Positions 51,605 through 64,000 of a stretch of DNA of 64,000 nucleotides are shown in pieces. The stretch is taken from assembly GCF_006345805.1 (NCBI RefSeq), contig NC_043008.1:14384001-14448000 (forward strand), written 5' to 3'. This DNA is from Octopus sinensis. Taxonomy: Eukaryota. Position 1 is the first letter of the stretch; each line of letters starts with the position of its first letter. Position numbers and translations under genes: made by a program. The notes below the pieces were generated by a model, which saw nothing but the letters and a program-made list of their open reading frames with translations, was not told the DNA's origin and made no database searches.

Positions 51605-52239
51605 CACTGAAGTCACTAAATGCTATTCTAAGCGTAGCTATCGGCTGTGCTGTGTCTGATGTATGTCTGCCGACTCATAACATTCTAGTGAGAACCAGAC
51701 GCATACCACTCTTTAGCTGAACGTACATGTCCGTTGAAATTTCATGTATTCATCTTGTAATGACGTTATCATCTGATAACTATATGTCTTATAATGTTGA
51801 TATAATCTCAGGTTTGTGAGAAAACTGTTAAATAAGCAATCACAGCTAATCAAAAGTATTTCTTTTATCAGCACATCATCCTGGAATATTTTTGTTTGTT
51901 CTTTTTCGAACAAGTGAGAAATATTCAAAGAAGCAATAATGGCATTTTTAGAATTCACTGCATTTCTGGATAAAACCAACTTCTGGATAGGCAAATATGA
52001 TTTTAGATGATTTATTTACTGGGATCTTATTTCAGCTTTAAGAAGGAGTGGGAATAGTATTTAAAAGGTATCTGATTAGATTGGACATGACACTCAATTT
52101 GTGTTTGCTTTTCTATATTTCAACAATGTCGCCACACATAAACACGCACATCTCTAAGATTGATCGAAGAATTCAGCTTGCTCCCACATCAAATTAAAAT
52201 CGCACGATTTTTTTTTTTCATTTTTCTTGAGCTGTTCAT
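51605..52239 (-). pseudogene. hAT (GTF2IRD2/Charlie-like) transposase N-terminal fragment
   Basis: MNSSRKMKKK (ATG 52239), WEQAEFF..CACLC, ASLNISHLFEK..FQDDVLIKE..DCLFNSF, WFSLECYESAD and SDTAQ..LRIAFSDF. Confidence 0.7.
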
Positions 52240-52590
52240 TTTGGGATTTAAAACAATCACAAAACAACGAAGTATCACAAACCAAAACTCGGCAGATTTT
52301 AAGTATTGAGTATCACACAAAAGTGAAGGCCTCTGCTTTAATACTTCCGGCAACCAAAAAGAATGGTTTTGACAAAAGAACGTGAAAGATTTCCGAATAA
52401 AACTGAACACGTTTATACAATTATTAAGCGTAGACATGACTTTGCAGCTAAGATGCTCGATTTACAACCAAGTGGTTTCGGGTTCAGTCCCAACCCGCGG
52501 CACCTTAGGCAAGTGTTGTCTCTTATAGCTCCTAACCTACCAATATTTTGTGAATAAGTTTGGCAGGCGCAAACTGTACGGAAACCCGTC

Positions 52591-52625
<35 letters not shown>

Positions 52626-52630
52626 TGTGT

Positions 52631-52951
52631 GAAGGCGCATGGCTCAGTGGTTAGAGCGTCGAGGTTGTGAGCTCAAATCCCGGACCGGGCTGCGTGTTGT
52701 GTTCTTGAGCAAGACACTTTCCTTCACGTTGCTCCAGTTCACTCAGCTGTAGAAATGAGTTGCGACGTCACAGGTGCCAAGGTGTATCGGCCCTTGCCTT
52801 TACCTTAGATAACACTGGTGGTATGGAGAGGGGAGGCCGGTATGCATGGGCGACTGCTGGTCTTCCATACACAACCTTACCCGGACTTGTGCCTGGGAGG
52901 GTAACTTCTAGGTGCAATCCCATGGTCTGTGCCGTGACTGAAGGGGGTCTC
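52631..52951 (+). mobile_element. OR1-like SINE lacking part of the anticodon arm
   Basis: GAAGGCGCATGGCTCAGTGGTTAGAGCGTCGAG-GTTGTGAGCTCAAATCCC; matches 1946-2270. Confidence 0.85.
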
Positions 52952-53678
52952 AGAATATATATATATGGGCGTTAATCTGTGACTACGTTTGCTCCTCTCT
53001 CCACCGATTGATAACAAATGTTGGCTTGTTTATACTCTCGTAGCAAAGCGGTTCGGCAATAGGGACCGATAGCTTAAGTACCAGATTTTTAAAAAACGAG
53101 TACTTGAGTAGATTTGTTCGATTCAACACTTCATTACTTTGCCTCAGCATGGCCGCACTGCAGTGACTGAAACAATTAAAAGATAAAGGGTTATATTCAA
53201 TAGATATTGTTTATTCAGTTCAAAGAAAAGCTTAATATTTATTTGATACCATCGCACAGAGCTTGTGTCACTAATATTTAAATCTAAATCATTACACGAT
53301 GATTAACTTCATTAAAATATTTTTTAAATGGATAGATTTTAATTATTTTATTTTTAATTAACGGTTGAAAGCAATTTCCGGATAACAGATAAAACCAGCG
53401 GAGAAATTCAGTGTGATCAGCGTTGTATTATGCAATGCATTTAAAAATATGTCAAATAGGTTTGGCTGTGTGGTAAGTTTGATACCCACTCACATGCTTC
53501 CGGGTTCAGTATTACTGCACGGCACCTTGGTCAAGTCTTTTCTATTATAGTCCTGGACAGACCAGAGCCTTGTGATTGGATTTGGTAGACAGAAAATGAA
53601 AGAAGCCCGTCGTATATATATATATATGTGTATGTGAATGTGTGTGTGTGTGTGGTGTGTGTGTGTGTATAGATATAT

Positions 53679-53752
<74 letters not shown>

Positions 53753-54065
53753 GATTGTATTTTTCCCTTGTTAACAATTAACACGGAAAAATATATATAT
53801 ACATGTGTGTGTGTCTGTCTCTGTTTGTGTGTGTGTGTCTTTCTCCACTACCACCTTGTGACAACGGTGTTGATGTGTTTACGTCCCCGTAACTCAGCGT
53901 TTCGACAAAAGAGCCCGATGTAATAAGCACCAAGTTTTAAAAAGTAGATACTGGGTCTAATGATTGAAATTAGTAAGAAGGAGAGTCAGTCTATGGAAAC
54001 AATACCGTGAATACCATAAAAGTAAAAAAAAAAAAGATACAAAATCTTAGCAAGGATAGAATTCA

Positions 54066-54204
54066 GAACGCTACGGCCATTTTGGTAGAAGTCGATCTCT
54101 GAACGCTGCGGCCATTTTGGTAGAAGTCGATCTCTGAACGCTACGGCCATTTTGGTAGAAGTCGATCTCTGAACGCTACGGCCATTTTAGTAGAAGTCGA
54201 TCTC
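54066..54204. repeat. 35-bp tandem repeat, 4 copies
   Basis: GAACGCTACGGCCATTTTGGTAGAAGTCGATCTCT; no unique spacers. Confidence 0.9.
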
Positions 54205-54328
54205 GATATAAACAAAGATAACTGGATGAATGCAGCTTGCTTGATAAAAGACGTGATAGTCAGGGCCGGAATACCTTCGATTGTTTGTCTGCTCGACTAG
54301 ACTTGACCAGGGGCAAAATAACAAGCAA

Positions 54329-54590
54329 CATTGTCCATATGTAGATGAAATAAGAAAAAGAAAACAACGCGAAATGACATTTAAACCTCTGGAAATTGAA
54401 TATTTCCTCCGTAATTTCTGTAAATATAGCAGAAGAGAAGAATACGTGTTTTAGGTAATGTTCACCTAGATTGATGAGAACTCACCTATCATATTTGGCC
54501 TCGGAAGTTTTCCCGTCAGAATGATAAATGTACCGACAAAATAAATGACATTTTGCGTTAAGTATAATTCTTCAATTGTTTTCACTAAAC
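54329..54590. repeat. ~265-bp duplicated element, copy 2
   Basis: Offset 11,744 bp from copy 1. Confidence 0.85.
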
Positions 54591-55307
54591 ACACACAAAC
54601 GTATACACATACATACATACATACATACATACATACATACACATATACACATACACATACATACACACTTATATATACACACACATATATATGCATAGTT
54701 ACATATATATATATATACATATACATATATATATATTATATATAAAAATACATATATATACTTATATAAAGATACATATGTATATGTGTGTGCATGTATG
54801 CACATATATATATACATATATATATGCTTGTATGTATGCATACATATATTCATCCGTATTTGCATCTATATATACACACACATATACTCATACACATATA
54901 AATATATTCGTATGTATATGTTCGCGTGTGTAAATATATGTGTCTGTGAGTTTAGTTGTTAACCTAATTTATTAATCAACTTTTATACCGATAAAAGTTA
55001 CTATATAATTATATATAAAGTTAATATATGTAATTTATCAATAAAATTTAATGTGTAATTAATATATGAACTTTATTTATATGTACAGCGTGATATATAC
55101 CAGAGCAGCAGACAACGGATTCTGCATAATACCTTATGGTGTTTCGTTGCGTATTCTACATTTTAAGTTCGATGTATGTCTTTCTTGTTTAGAAAAAGAT
55201 CGCCAAAAGAACTATTAGTCTCATATCGAGACGTGTGAGTCACTATAATCGACTATTCTCTAAAAGATGATAATGCAGTATGACTAAACATCAGTGACTA
55301 AAGTCAT

Positions 55308-55725
55308 TACCTATTTCTTTACTACCCACAAGGGGCTAAACACAGAGAGGACAAACAAGGACAGACAAATGGATTAAGTCGATTATATCGACCCCAGTGC
55401 GTAATTGGTACTTAATTTATCGACCTCGAAAGGATGATATGCAAAGTCGACCTTGGCAGGATTTGAACTCAGAACGTAACGGCAGACGAAATACCTATTT
55501 CTTTATTACCCACAAGGGGCTAAACATAGAAGGGACAAACAAGGACAGACATAGGTATTAAGTCGATTACTTCGACCCCAGTGCGTAACTGGTACTTAAT
55601 TTATCGACCCCGAAAGGATGAAAGGCAAAGTCGACCTCGGCGGAATTTGAACTCACAACGTAACGACAGACGAAATACCGCTGAGCATTTCGCCCGGCGT
55701 GCTAACGTTTCTGCCAGCTCGCCGC
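55308..55725 (-). mobile_element. Multimer-family SINE dimer
   Basis: Family match. Confidence 0.9.
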
Positions 55726-56099
55726 CTTATAGTCAATACCGCGCGCACTCGAACGTGTATGTGTGTTTGTGTGTGTGTATGTGTGTGTGTATGTATGTGT
55801 GTGTGGCTGTGCGTGTGTGTAAGTGTGTTCATGGTTTACGTGTTCAAATCTGCTTCTAGTTTCTCGACAAATTTCTTGATAGAGAGCGCCATGCATTTCC
55901 GTCGGTATTTTCATTTTGAAACTAACGGCTCCAATAAAATTCTCAGATATGCCGTATGAAAATAACCAGTTCTTGTATCAACTATTTCATTTATGCTTCA
56001 GAAGATCGCTGTGTTCACCTATTTCATATGTAATGAAGATCGCTTCTGTGATTATTATTATTATTACATTATAAGACGGACTCTAAATCTGATCCATCA

Positions 56100-57330
56100 A
56101 AATACCGACTTATTCCATTGCTCAGTATCACCTGCAAACGATGGAATTCTTAATCCACAAACAATTGTAAAATCTATTTGTAGTTTACCTATTCTCTTTG
56201 ACTTGGTTCAGTCACTGAGCTGTGGTATCAACTCACCTCGAAAAGGTATCTCGGTTCCCGACCAAACCATAGCATGGATGATCTTCTGCTACTCCTGAGA
56301 CACGAAACAACTACTTTTATGCTGATCAGAAGCTATGCGCTATTAGCTTAGGATATCAAAGAGCTTTTGGCAGAGTTTGGCGCAACAGATTCCACACCTA
56401 TCTCGAATCCAAGAGAATACATGAGAAGATGTTAAAGGAGCCTCAAACTATCTTAACAGTAGGAGGGACGTTAAAGTCACCCTTTCATATCAACACACTG
56501 TTCTCTCAATTACTAATGCACTGGACCCACTTCTGTTCTCAGTCTTCGGTTAATGCTTATAAAAAATGAGCCGCACTACGACTCTACGCTGTTTGCACTG
56601 ACGAGATCAACAGAAGAAAGGAACGTAGTATCAGCTGTCTTAAAGAGAAACCTAGTCAGGATGAAAGTCTAAGCTGACGATTGGAAAGTATCATTTGAGC
56701 CATCAAAATGTGAAGTAACGAATCAATCATGTAAAATGTTCGCATCAAACCTTGAATTACACTTTAGAGATTATAAGCTGCTTTGTTAAAGCAGCTTGAT
56801 ATTCTAGATGTAAATATAGCCAGCAGGCTTGAGTGGGTGAGACGTATCTGATTATATGTAATAGAGCTGTACAGATGTGTGAGGTTCTATGAAAAATGAA
56901 GGCAAGCTCAACAAGGAAGTTAGATCCGTCGTTTCCTCAAATCCGAAGCATTCTGAGTACGCATGTCCATGCTGGAAAAATGCCTCCCAGATTATATTTG
57001 ACCGATTCAATGCAGTCCAAAAGGAAGCCCTTATGAAAATTAAAGTTGATGGAAATGATACTGTGAAAAAGGTCGTTATAAACAGCTTACAACAAAGGTT
57101 CAGTTCCTTATATGGTGCACACGAACGACAATCCACCAGATCTCAAAGCAGTGATACTGGCGTATCATGACACCATTTTACAAGTGTCAGTAGATGCATA
57201 ACTGCATCACTGTCTCTCGATATCCAATGCCAACCATACTCTAGACAAAAGCATTTTTGCACTTGACTCTCAGAAATTCAAACAAACTTCCAAAAGCTGT
57301 TATGTACAAGCTCAAAAAGGTGCGGATACA
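56100..57330 (+). pseudogene. CR1/L2-group LINE reverse transcriptase, decayed
   Basis: RPNHSMDDLLLLL, A*DIK(R)AFGRVW, WKVSFEPSKCEV and EYACPCW..FNAVQKEAL..SLQQR motifs in order; many frameshifts. Confidence 0.8.
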
Positions 57331-57637
57331 AACACTGCCGATCAATGTTGTCATTGGAATTACATTGAACCAGTGAAAGACACGTTGGTTTTCAATAATA
57401 CAATAATACTATTCACAATTGTATAGCATAGATCCAGTAAAGGAAAGCAAACATCTAAACCATTGTTTTTCTTGTGCTCCAGGCAGGATTTCGTCAACAC
57501 AAACGCAGTTCTTTTTATACATGACTTATTCAAGATGATATTTTCATAACAGGCTATCATTTACAGCCTTTTCTCTTGGATTCCTATACTTGTGAGAGAA
57601 ATAGAGGAAATTATCCTCAAACTAGATTCCATCTAAG

Positions 57638-57675
57638 AATACCTGAAGAAGGAATTTTATTCCGAAATATTAGAC
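57638..57675 (+). ncRNA. Hammerhead-like motif (extra-A type)
   Basis: CTGAAGA-A-GGAAT-ttt-ATTCC-GAAATAT; stem I not recoverable. Confidence 0.35.
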
Positions 57676-57977
57676 TATGGATGACTAAATTACAACAGGT
57701 ATATTGCTCAATATTTGTATTATAGTGTATTGTTGTACCATTCAAAACTTTTTATTCTTTACATACATACATATATACATATACATATATACATATACAT
57801 ATATATATATATACATATATATACATACAAATATATTTATACATATATAAAGGTGAGGTCAATTAGAGGTTATAAAAACCGTCTAAAAGATATTTATATC
57901 CTTTAGATACTACTACTGTATTACCTATATGTTATTATGAGTATTAGTATTAATGCTTATAAACGGTTAATTATTAC

Positions 57978-58048
<71 letters not shown>

Positions 58049-58238
58049 TGTAATAATAATAATTGTAATAATTAAGCCTGATTATGCCCAAAATAGCGCG
58101 AACAGAAACAGCTGTTAGATGAGATATTGTCTTTTGTTTGTAATCAATAGATAATAACTGATGTTTATCAATTATCAATTTCATCTTCATTTTCTTATTT
58201 TTCCTTAAATACATATATATATATAAATACATACATGC

Positions 58239-58307
<69 letters not shown>

Positions 58308-58843
58308 AAGAAGACAAGATTATTTGATAAGAAAGCAGGAATGCAAAAAGGAAGAGAGATAGAAAAGGTAAAAGAAGAGCTCCAGAGCGATGTATCAATT
58401 GCTGAGGACATTTGGTTCGTTATTGATGTTGTTGTTGTTATTGCTATTGTTGCCGTTGTTGTTGTTGTTGTTATTATTCTTGTTACTGCCGTTGTTGTTA
58501 TACTTAATCTTTATTGATGTTATTATTATTCTTGTTATTGACACTGCTGCTACTGCTGCTGTTGTTGTTGATATTATTATTGTTGATCAGGAGGCGAACT
58601 TAACAACAGAAGCGTTGCTCCGCCGGGGAAAATGCTTAGCAGCATTTCTTCAGATTTAACATTCTGAGTTCAAATTCCGCCAGGGTCGACTTTACCTTTC
58701 ATCCATTTGGGGTCGATAAAATAAGTACCAGTTAAACACTGGGGACGATGTAATCGACCTTGTCCCATTCCCCGAAATTGCTGGTCTTGTAGCAAAATTT
58801 GAAATTGTTTTTGTTGTTGTTGTTGTACTTCTTCTTCTTATTC

Positions 58844-58886
<43 letters not shown>

Positions 58887-59480
58887 CATTATTCTTTCAT
58901 TCAGTTAACTCCTAAATCTTTCCTGACCCAAAACGTGACCATCCCATCCTGACATCAACACCCTATAAAGCAATATTGTGTCGCTACTTTCCTCTTGCGA
59001 CCATTGGGACGTAATTTCAAAGACATTTATTTAGCTGCTATTTTTAGCAAATCGAGACTCCACGTAGAGGCAATCTTTGCTTGTTTCTAGGAGGAAAACG
59101 AGAAAGGAAAAAATAAACTTAACTACTAAGTTGTAATGCGCAGTAAACGCCATCCTCGCCGCCATCTTATGACTTTATATATTATTTATTAACAAATGTC
59201 ATGCCGAAACCTGATTCAAATTTAAAGAAGAGTATTTTATTGAAGAAAATAAATCAATATATATTTGCTTTTCATTATTTTATTTTTCAAATCAGGCACT
59301 TGAAGCCATCCAAACGGTTCTTGTAAATAATGTGTAAATTTTATTGCTGCCATTTTATATTGTAGATCTAAAATTTTTCGTTTTTTTTTTTTTTAATTTT
59401 AAATTTTGCTTTTCTATTGTTTAGTTAAATTTCTGTTTTTGTTTTTGTTTGTTTTTTTTCTCTCTAATTTCTGCGTGTGT

Positions 59481-59519
<39 letters not shown>

Positions 59520-59658
59520 CATTTTTGTTATTTGTTGCTTTTGTGCATTAAAATTAGCGTTTACAAAATAAAACAGAATTGAATTTTTAAAAAAAAAATA
59601 TGGAATTATTATGTATACATGTGTGTATATATGTGTGTGTGTTTTTGTGTATGTATGC

Positions 59659-59698
<40 letters not shown>

Positions 59699-59838
59699 GT
59701 GTATATATGTATATATATGTTTATGCATATATTTATGTATGTATAAGTATATGTATATATACACATGTATGTACGTATATATATATATATATATATAATA
59801 TATATATATATATGTATGTATATATATATATATGTATG

Positions 59839-59870
<32 letters not shown>

Positions 59871-60819
59871 ATATATGAGTCTAAATGAGTGGGCATGAAT
59901 GTGTACGTCTATAATAATAAATATGTATATATGTATTATGTATTATATGTATAATTATATATGTGTATATGTATGCGTGATTGTGCGTGTGTGTGTGCAC
60001 GTGTGGTTGTGTGTGTGTGTTTTTAATATCTATATTTATGTCAAAATATATTTGTATATCTGTGTGAATATAAATATACACATATGCATATATGTGTGTG
60101 TATATATAGAGACAGACAGGCAGACAGAAAGATAAATTATATATTTATATATAAACATACAAATGTATTATATATAAGCAATATACGCATGTGCACGCGC
60201 GTAGTACGCATGTAGTTTTGCATGTGTGTGTGTGTGTGCGTGTACGAGCGTCAACGAAAAAATAATTCCAGATAAACACTGTAGATTAATCTGATTAGAT
60301 GCAAAACGAATTATATACAAAACAAATAAACCACGATGATGATGATGATGATGATGATGATTGTTATTATAAGAGCATTAATGACGACTACGACGATGAT
60401 GACGATGATGATGATGATGTCATACCTACAGGTATTTACGTGAGCATATGCGTTCGCTGTGTATACATATACATGTATCTTTATGTGTGGGTGTTTGCGA
60501 GTGTACGTACATGTATGACAATATGACAGCATGTATGTATGTAGGCGTTGCGTGCATACTCACGCGCATATTTCATTTTCGATGAAAAGTTTATTAAATC
60601 AAGAAATTATGAAAATTATGTTTTATCAGTGAAACTAAATTATACTATTTAGCTATTACTTGCATTTTAATATTAACTTTTTGTGCACAATCGATTGGCA
60701 ATCTTATTCTGAACGTCAATAGAATTGTTCTGAACAGTCAAAGTTTGTCTCCCAACGAACTCATAAAAAGTAATTTATATATGATCTTTAAGGGTCAACT
60801 ATGACAATTTTATACAAGC

Positions 60820-62026
60820 AAGACACTATATTATAACTCAATGAATTAATCGCTAACTTATCTAATATATTCACCAAGTAAAATAACTTTAATTAATTTA
60901 GTTCCTGCTTGCATTGAGGAGCGATAGATACTGGATCGATGCTGAAATCTACCCAAGTCATGCAAGTGCAATGCCTCGAAGCTTCAGATGTTGGAGACGG
61001 TTGGCACCATAGAAATTTCAATTAATTCTTATTTCTTTATTGCCCACAAGGGGCTAAACATAGAGGGGACAAACAAGGACAGACAAAGGGATTAAGTCGA
61101 TTATATCGACCCCAGTGCGAAACTGGTACTTTATTTATCGACCCCGAAAGGACGAAAGGCAAAGTCGACCTCGACGGAAGTTGAACTAAGAACGTAACGA
61201 CAGACGAAATGCCTATTTCTTTACTACCCACAAGGGGCTAAACATAGAGGGGACAAACAAGGACAGACAAAGGGATTAAGTCGATTATATCGACCCCAGT
61301 GCGAAACTGGTACTTTATTTATCGACCCCGAAAGGACGAAAGGCAAAGTCGACCTCGACGGAAGTTGAACTAAGAACGTAACGACAGACGAAATGCCTAT
61401 TTCTTTACTACCCACAAGGGGCTAAACACAGAGGGGACAAACAAGTACAGACAAACGGATTAAGTCGATTACATCGACCCCAGTGCGTCACTGCTACTTA
61501 ATTTATTGACCCCGAAAGGATAAAAGGCAAATTCGACCTCGGCGGAATTTGAACTCAGAACGTAACGGCAGACGAAATACCTATTTCTTTACTACCCACA
61601 AAGGGCTAAACATAGAGGGGACAAACAAGGACAGACAAACGGATTAAGTCGATTATATCGACCCCAGTGCGAAACTGGTACTTAATTTATCGACCCCGAA
61701 AGGATGAAAGGCAAAGTCGACCTCGGCGGAAATTGAACTCAGAACGCAGCGGCGGACGAAATACCACTAAGCATTTCGCCCGGCCCGCTAACGTGTCTGC
61801 CAGCTCGCCGCCTTAAAGACACTATATTATAACTCAGTGAAGTAATCGCTAACTTATCTAATATATACACCAAATAAAATAACCTTAATTAATCTAGTTG
61901 CTACTTGCATTGAGGAGCGATAGATACTGTATCGATGCTGAAATTTACCCAAATCATGAAAGTGCAATGCCTCGAAGCTTCAGATATTGGAAACGGTTGG
62001 CACCACAGAAATTTCAATTAATTCTT
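60820..62026. repeat. 211-bp direct repeats (60820-61030, 61816-62026) flanking a SINE tetramer
   Basis: Gap-free, about 15 mismatches by hand count; both copies abut the SINE ends. Confidence 0.9.
61031..61812 (-). mobile_element. Multimer-family SINE tetramer (~187-bp period)
   Basis: One full head plus three head-truncated units. Confidence 0.92.
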
Positions 62027-62121
62027 TCTTTCCGCTATTCGGGTACAAAGCACGAAATTTTACTGAGAAAAAAGAATTGATTTCATCGACTCCAGTGCTC
62101 GACTGGTATTTATTTTATCGA

Positions 62122-62605
62122 AAGGCGGCGAGCTGGCAGAAACGTTAGCACGCCGGACCATAATGCTTAGCGGTATTTCGTCTGCCGTTACGTTCTGAGT
62201 TCAAATTCCGCTGAGGTCGACTTTGCCTTTCATCCTTTCGGGGTCGATAAATTAAGTACCAGTTACGCACTGGGGTCGATGTAATCAACTTAATCCGTTT
62301 GTCTGTCCTTGTTTGTCCTCTCTGTGTTTAGCCCCTTGTGGGTAGTAAAGAAATAGGTATTTATTTTATCGAAAGGCGGCGAGCTGGCAGAAACGTTAGC
62401 ACGCCGGGCAAAATGCTTAGCGGTATTTCGTCTGCCGTTACGTTCTGAGTTCAAATTCCGCCGAGGTCGACTTTGCCTTTCATCCTCTCGGGGTCGATAA
62501 ATTAAGTACCAGTTACGCACTGGGGTCGATGTAATCGACTTAATCCGTTTGTCTGTTCTTGTTTGTCCCCTCTGTGTTTAGCCCCTTGTGGGTAGTAAAG
62601 AAATA
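62122..62605 (+). mobile_element. Two full SINE monomers separated by a copy of the target site
   Basis: GGTATTTATTTTATCGA at 62105-62121, 62356-62372 and 62606-62622. Confidence 0.9.
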
Positions 62606-62872
62606 GGTATTTATTTTATCGACACCGAAACGATGAAAGGCAAAGTCGACCTCGACTGAAATTGAACTCACAACGCAAAACTGGAAGACATGCCGCCAAG
62701 AAGTTTTGTCCATCACACTAACATTTCTACCAGGCAACCATCTTTGCAATTTTAATTGATTAAAATTCCTATACTTCTGCACAGCAATATGCAAAAGAGG
62801 ACGTGATAGTAAGATAAGGAACGAAGAAAATTATATTTCTTAATCTTATAGTTATTATCTATAATAGTATTG

Positions 62873-63297
62873 GGATCTTTTCGGTTTGAACGGCAGTTTT
62901 AACATAATTTCTAGGTAACTAAAAAATTTTAAACTTCGCATACTGGTAGAATGTGTTTATAAAACATCTTTTTCTCTTGGCTTTATTGAGAAGATTCTAT
63001 AGTTTGGAAGATATTTGTTGTTTGTTTTCTTCAATTTCTGCAATTTCAACCAATCAATGACCGTCTATTGGGGTGAAAATATTTTGTGCCGTATGAATAT
63101 GTCCCTCGTTTAAGAAACAGATTGAGTTTATTTACATTTCTGAAGAAAAAAAATAACCTTCCCCCCACCCCTAACCCTAACTAAGCCTAACCCTAAAATA
63201 GATTGAAATGCAATAGATCGATACTAGGGTCATAATTATGGGTGACAAATTCATATGACACCGCTAGAAAAAACTGCCGTTCAAACCGAAAAGATCC
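62873..63297. mobile_element. Second copy (inverted) of the TTAGGG-containing MITE, perfect 9-bp TSD
   Basis: ATAGTATTG at 62864-62872 and 63298-63306; same TIRs; (CCCTAA)n inside. Confidence 0.92.
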
Positions 63298-63852
63298 ATA
63301 GTATTGCACTTTGGTTTACGTATGTAACACTGATTTTGAAACAAATGTACGACATAATCTATTTTGCACGCAGTGTTTATATCATTTTTGAGATAACTAT
63401 CTGATAAACATTGAAGCTCAATCGAAAGAGAATCTATCACTGACATTGTATCTATATCATTCGCGAGTAAATTGGACTGATAAATAAACATTGAATTGCC
63501 AGATAAATACGTTCGTTTTAGGGGATATTTTTTCTAATTGACACTCCATCGTCGTATGTTTGAAAGAAGAAAGATTTTTTCAGATTTCTAAAACGGTACA
63601 CAAAAGTTGTAAAGGAAGAAAGGAGCAACAAAAACCATAAAACACTACAATAAAAATATTTTACAGTGTTAATTCAAATCATATTAAATTAATTCATTGA
63701 ATTAATAACATTGAGTTAATTCCAATAGCATTGGAAAGGATTAAAATAAATGGAAAATAAAACGAACGAATTTATGTGACAAACCAATGTTTTTAAGTAT
63801 TTTAAATTATTAAATTAACTGTAATATAATTATTGATATATCTTTGTGAGGT

Positions 63853-64000
63853 GGAGGCGCAATGGCCCAGTGGTTAGGGCAGCAGACTCGCGGTCATAGA
63901 ATCGCGGTTTCGATTCCCAGACCGGGCGTTGTGAGTGTTTATTGAGCGAAAAAACACCTAAAGCTCCACGAGGCTCTAGCAGGGGATGGTGGTGATCCCT
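63853..64000 (+). mobile_element. OR2-like SINE, cut by the window end
   Basis: Matches the 24364 head. Confidence 0.8.

Noticed and set aside
61037-62794. Repeated ORFs such as MGSKEIGISS.. and MRNWYLIYRP..
   Set aside because: Incidental frames within multimer-family SINEs.

Overview
Eukaryotic, AT-rich, microsatellite-dense DNA with one 100-N scaffold gap. The SINE and repeat complement points to an octopus or other cephalopod genome (inference). I found no intact host protein-coding exon; nearly all listed ORFs are translations of microsatellites or SINEs. The window is a layered transposon graveyard. It holds at least four tRNA-derived SINE families, one forming head-to-tail multimers. 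It has decayed ORF fragments of Penelope-like elements (3 pieces, 2 lineages), RTE, CR1-group and R4/Dong-like retroelements, and mariner, pogo/Tigger and hAT transposases. It also has Helitron/HINE-type elements, several MITEs and foldbacks, and two minisatellites derived from SINE parts. The strongest unexplained signal is about a dozen sequence-diverse type I hammerhead ribozyme motifs with loopless palindromic stem III. One (36108-36201) has a complete catalytic core, and one lies in a ~500-nt circularly permuted unit within a foldback, as in Penelope pseudo-LTRs or retrozymes. Coordinates, alignments and folds were done by eye and are approximate.
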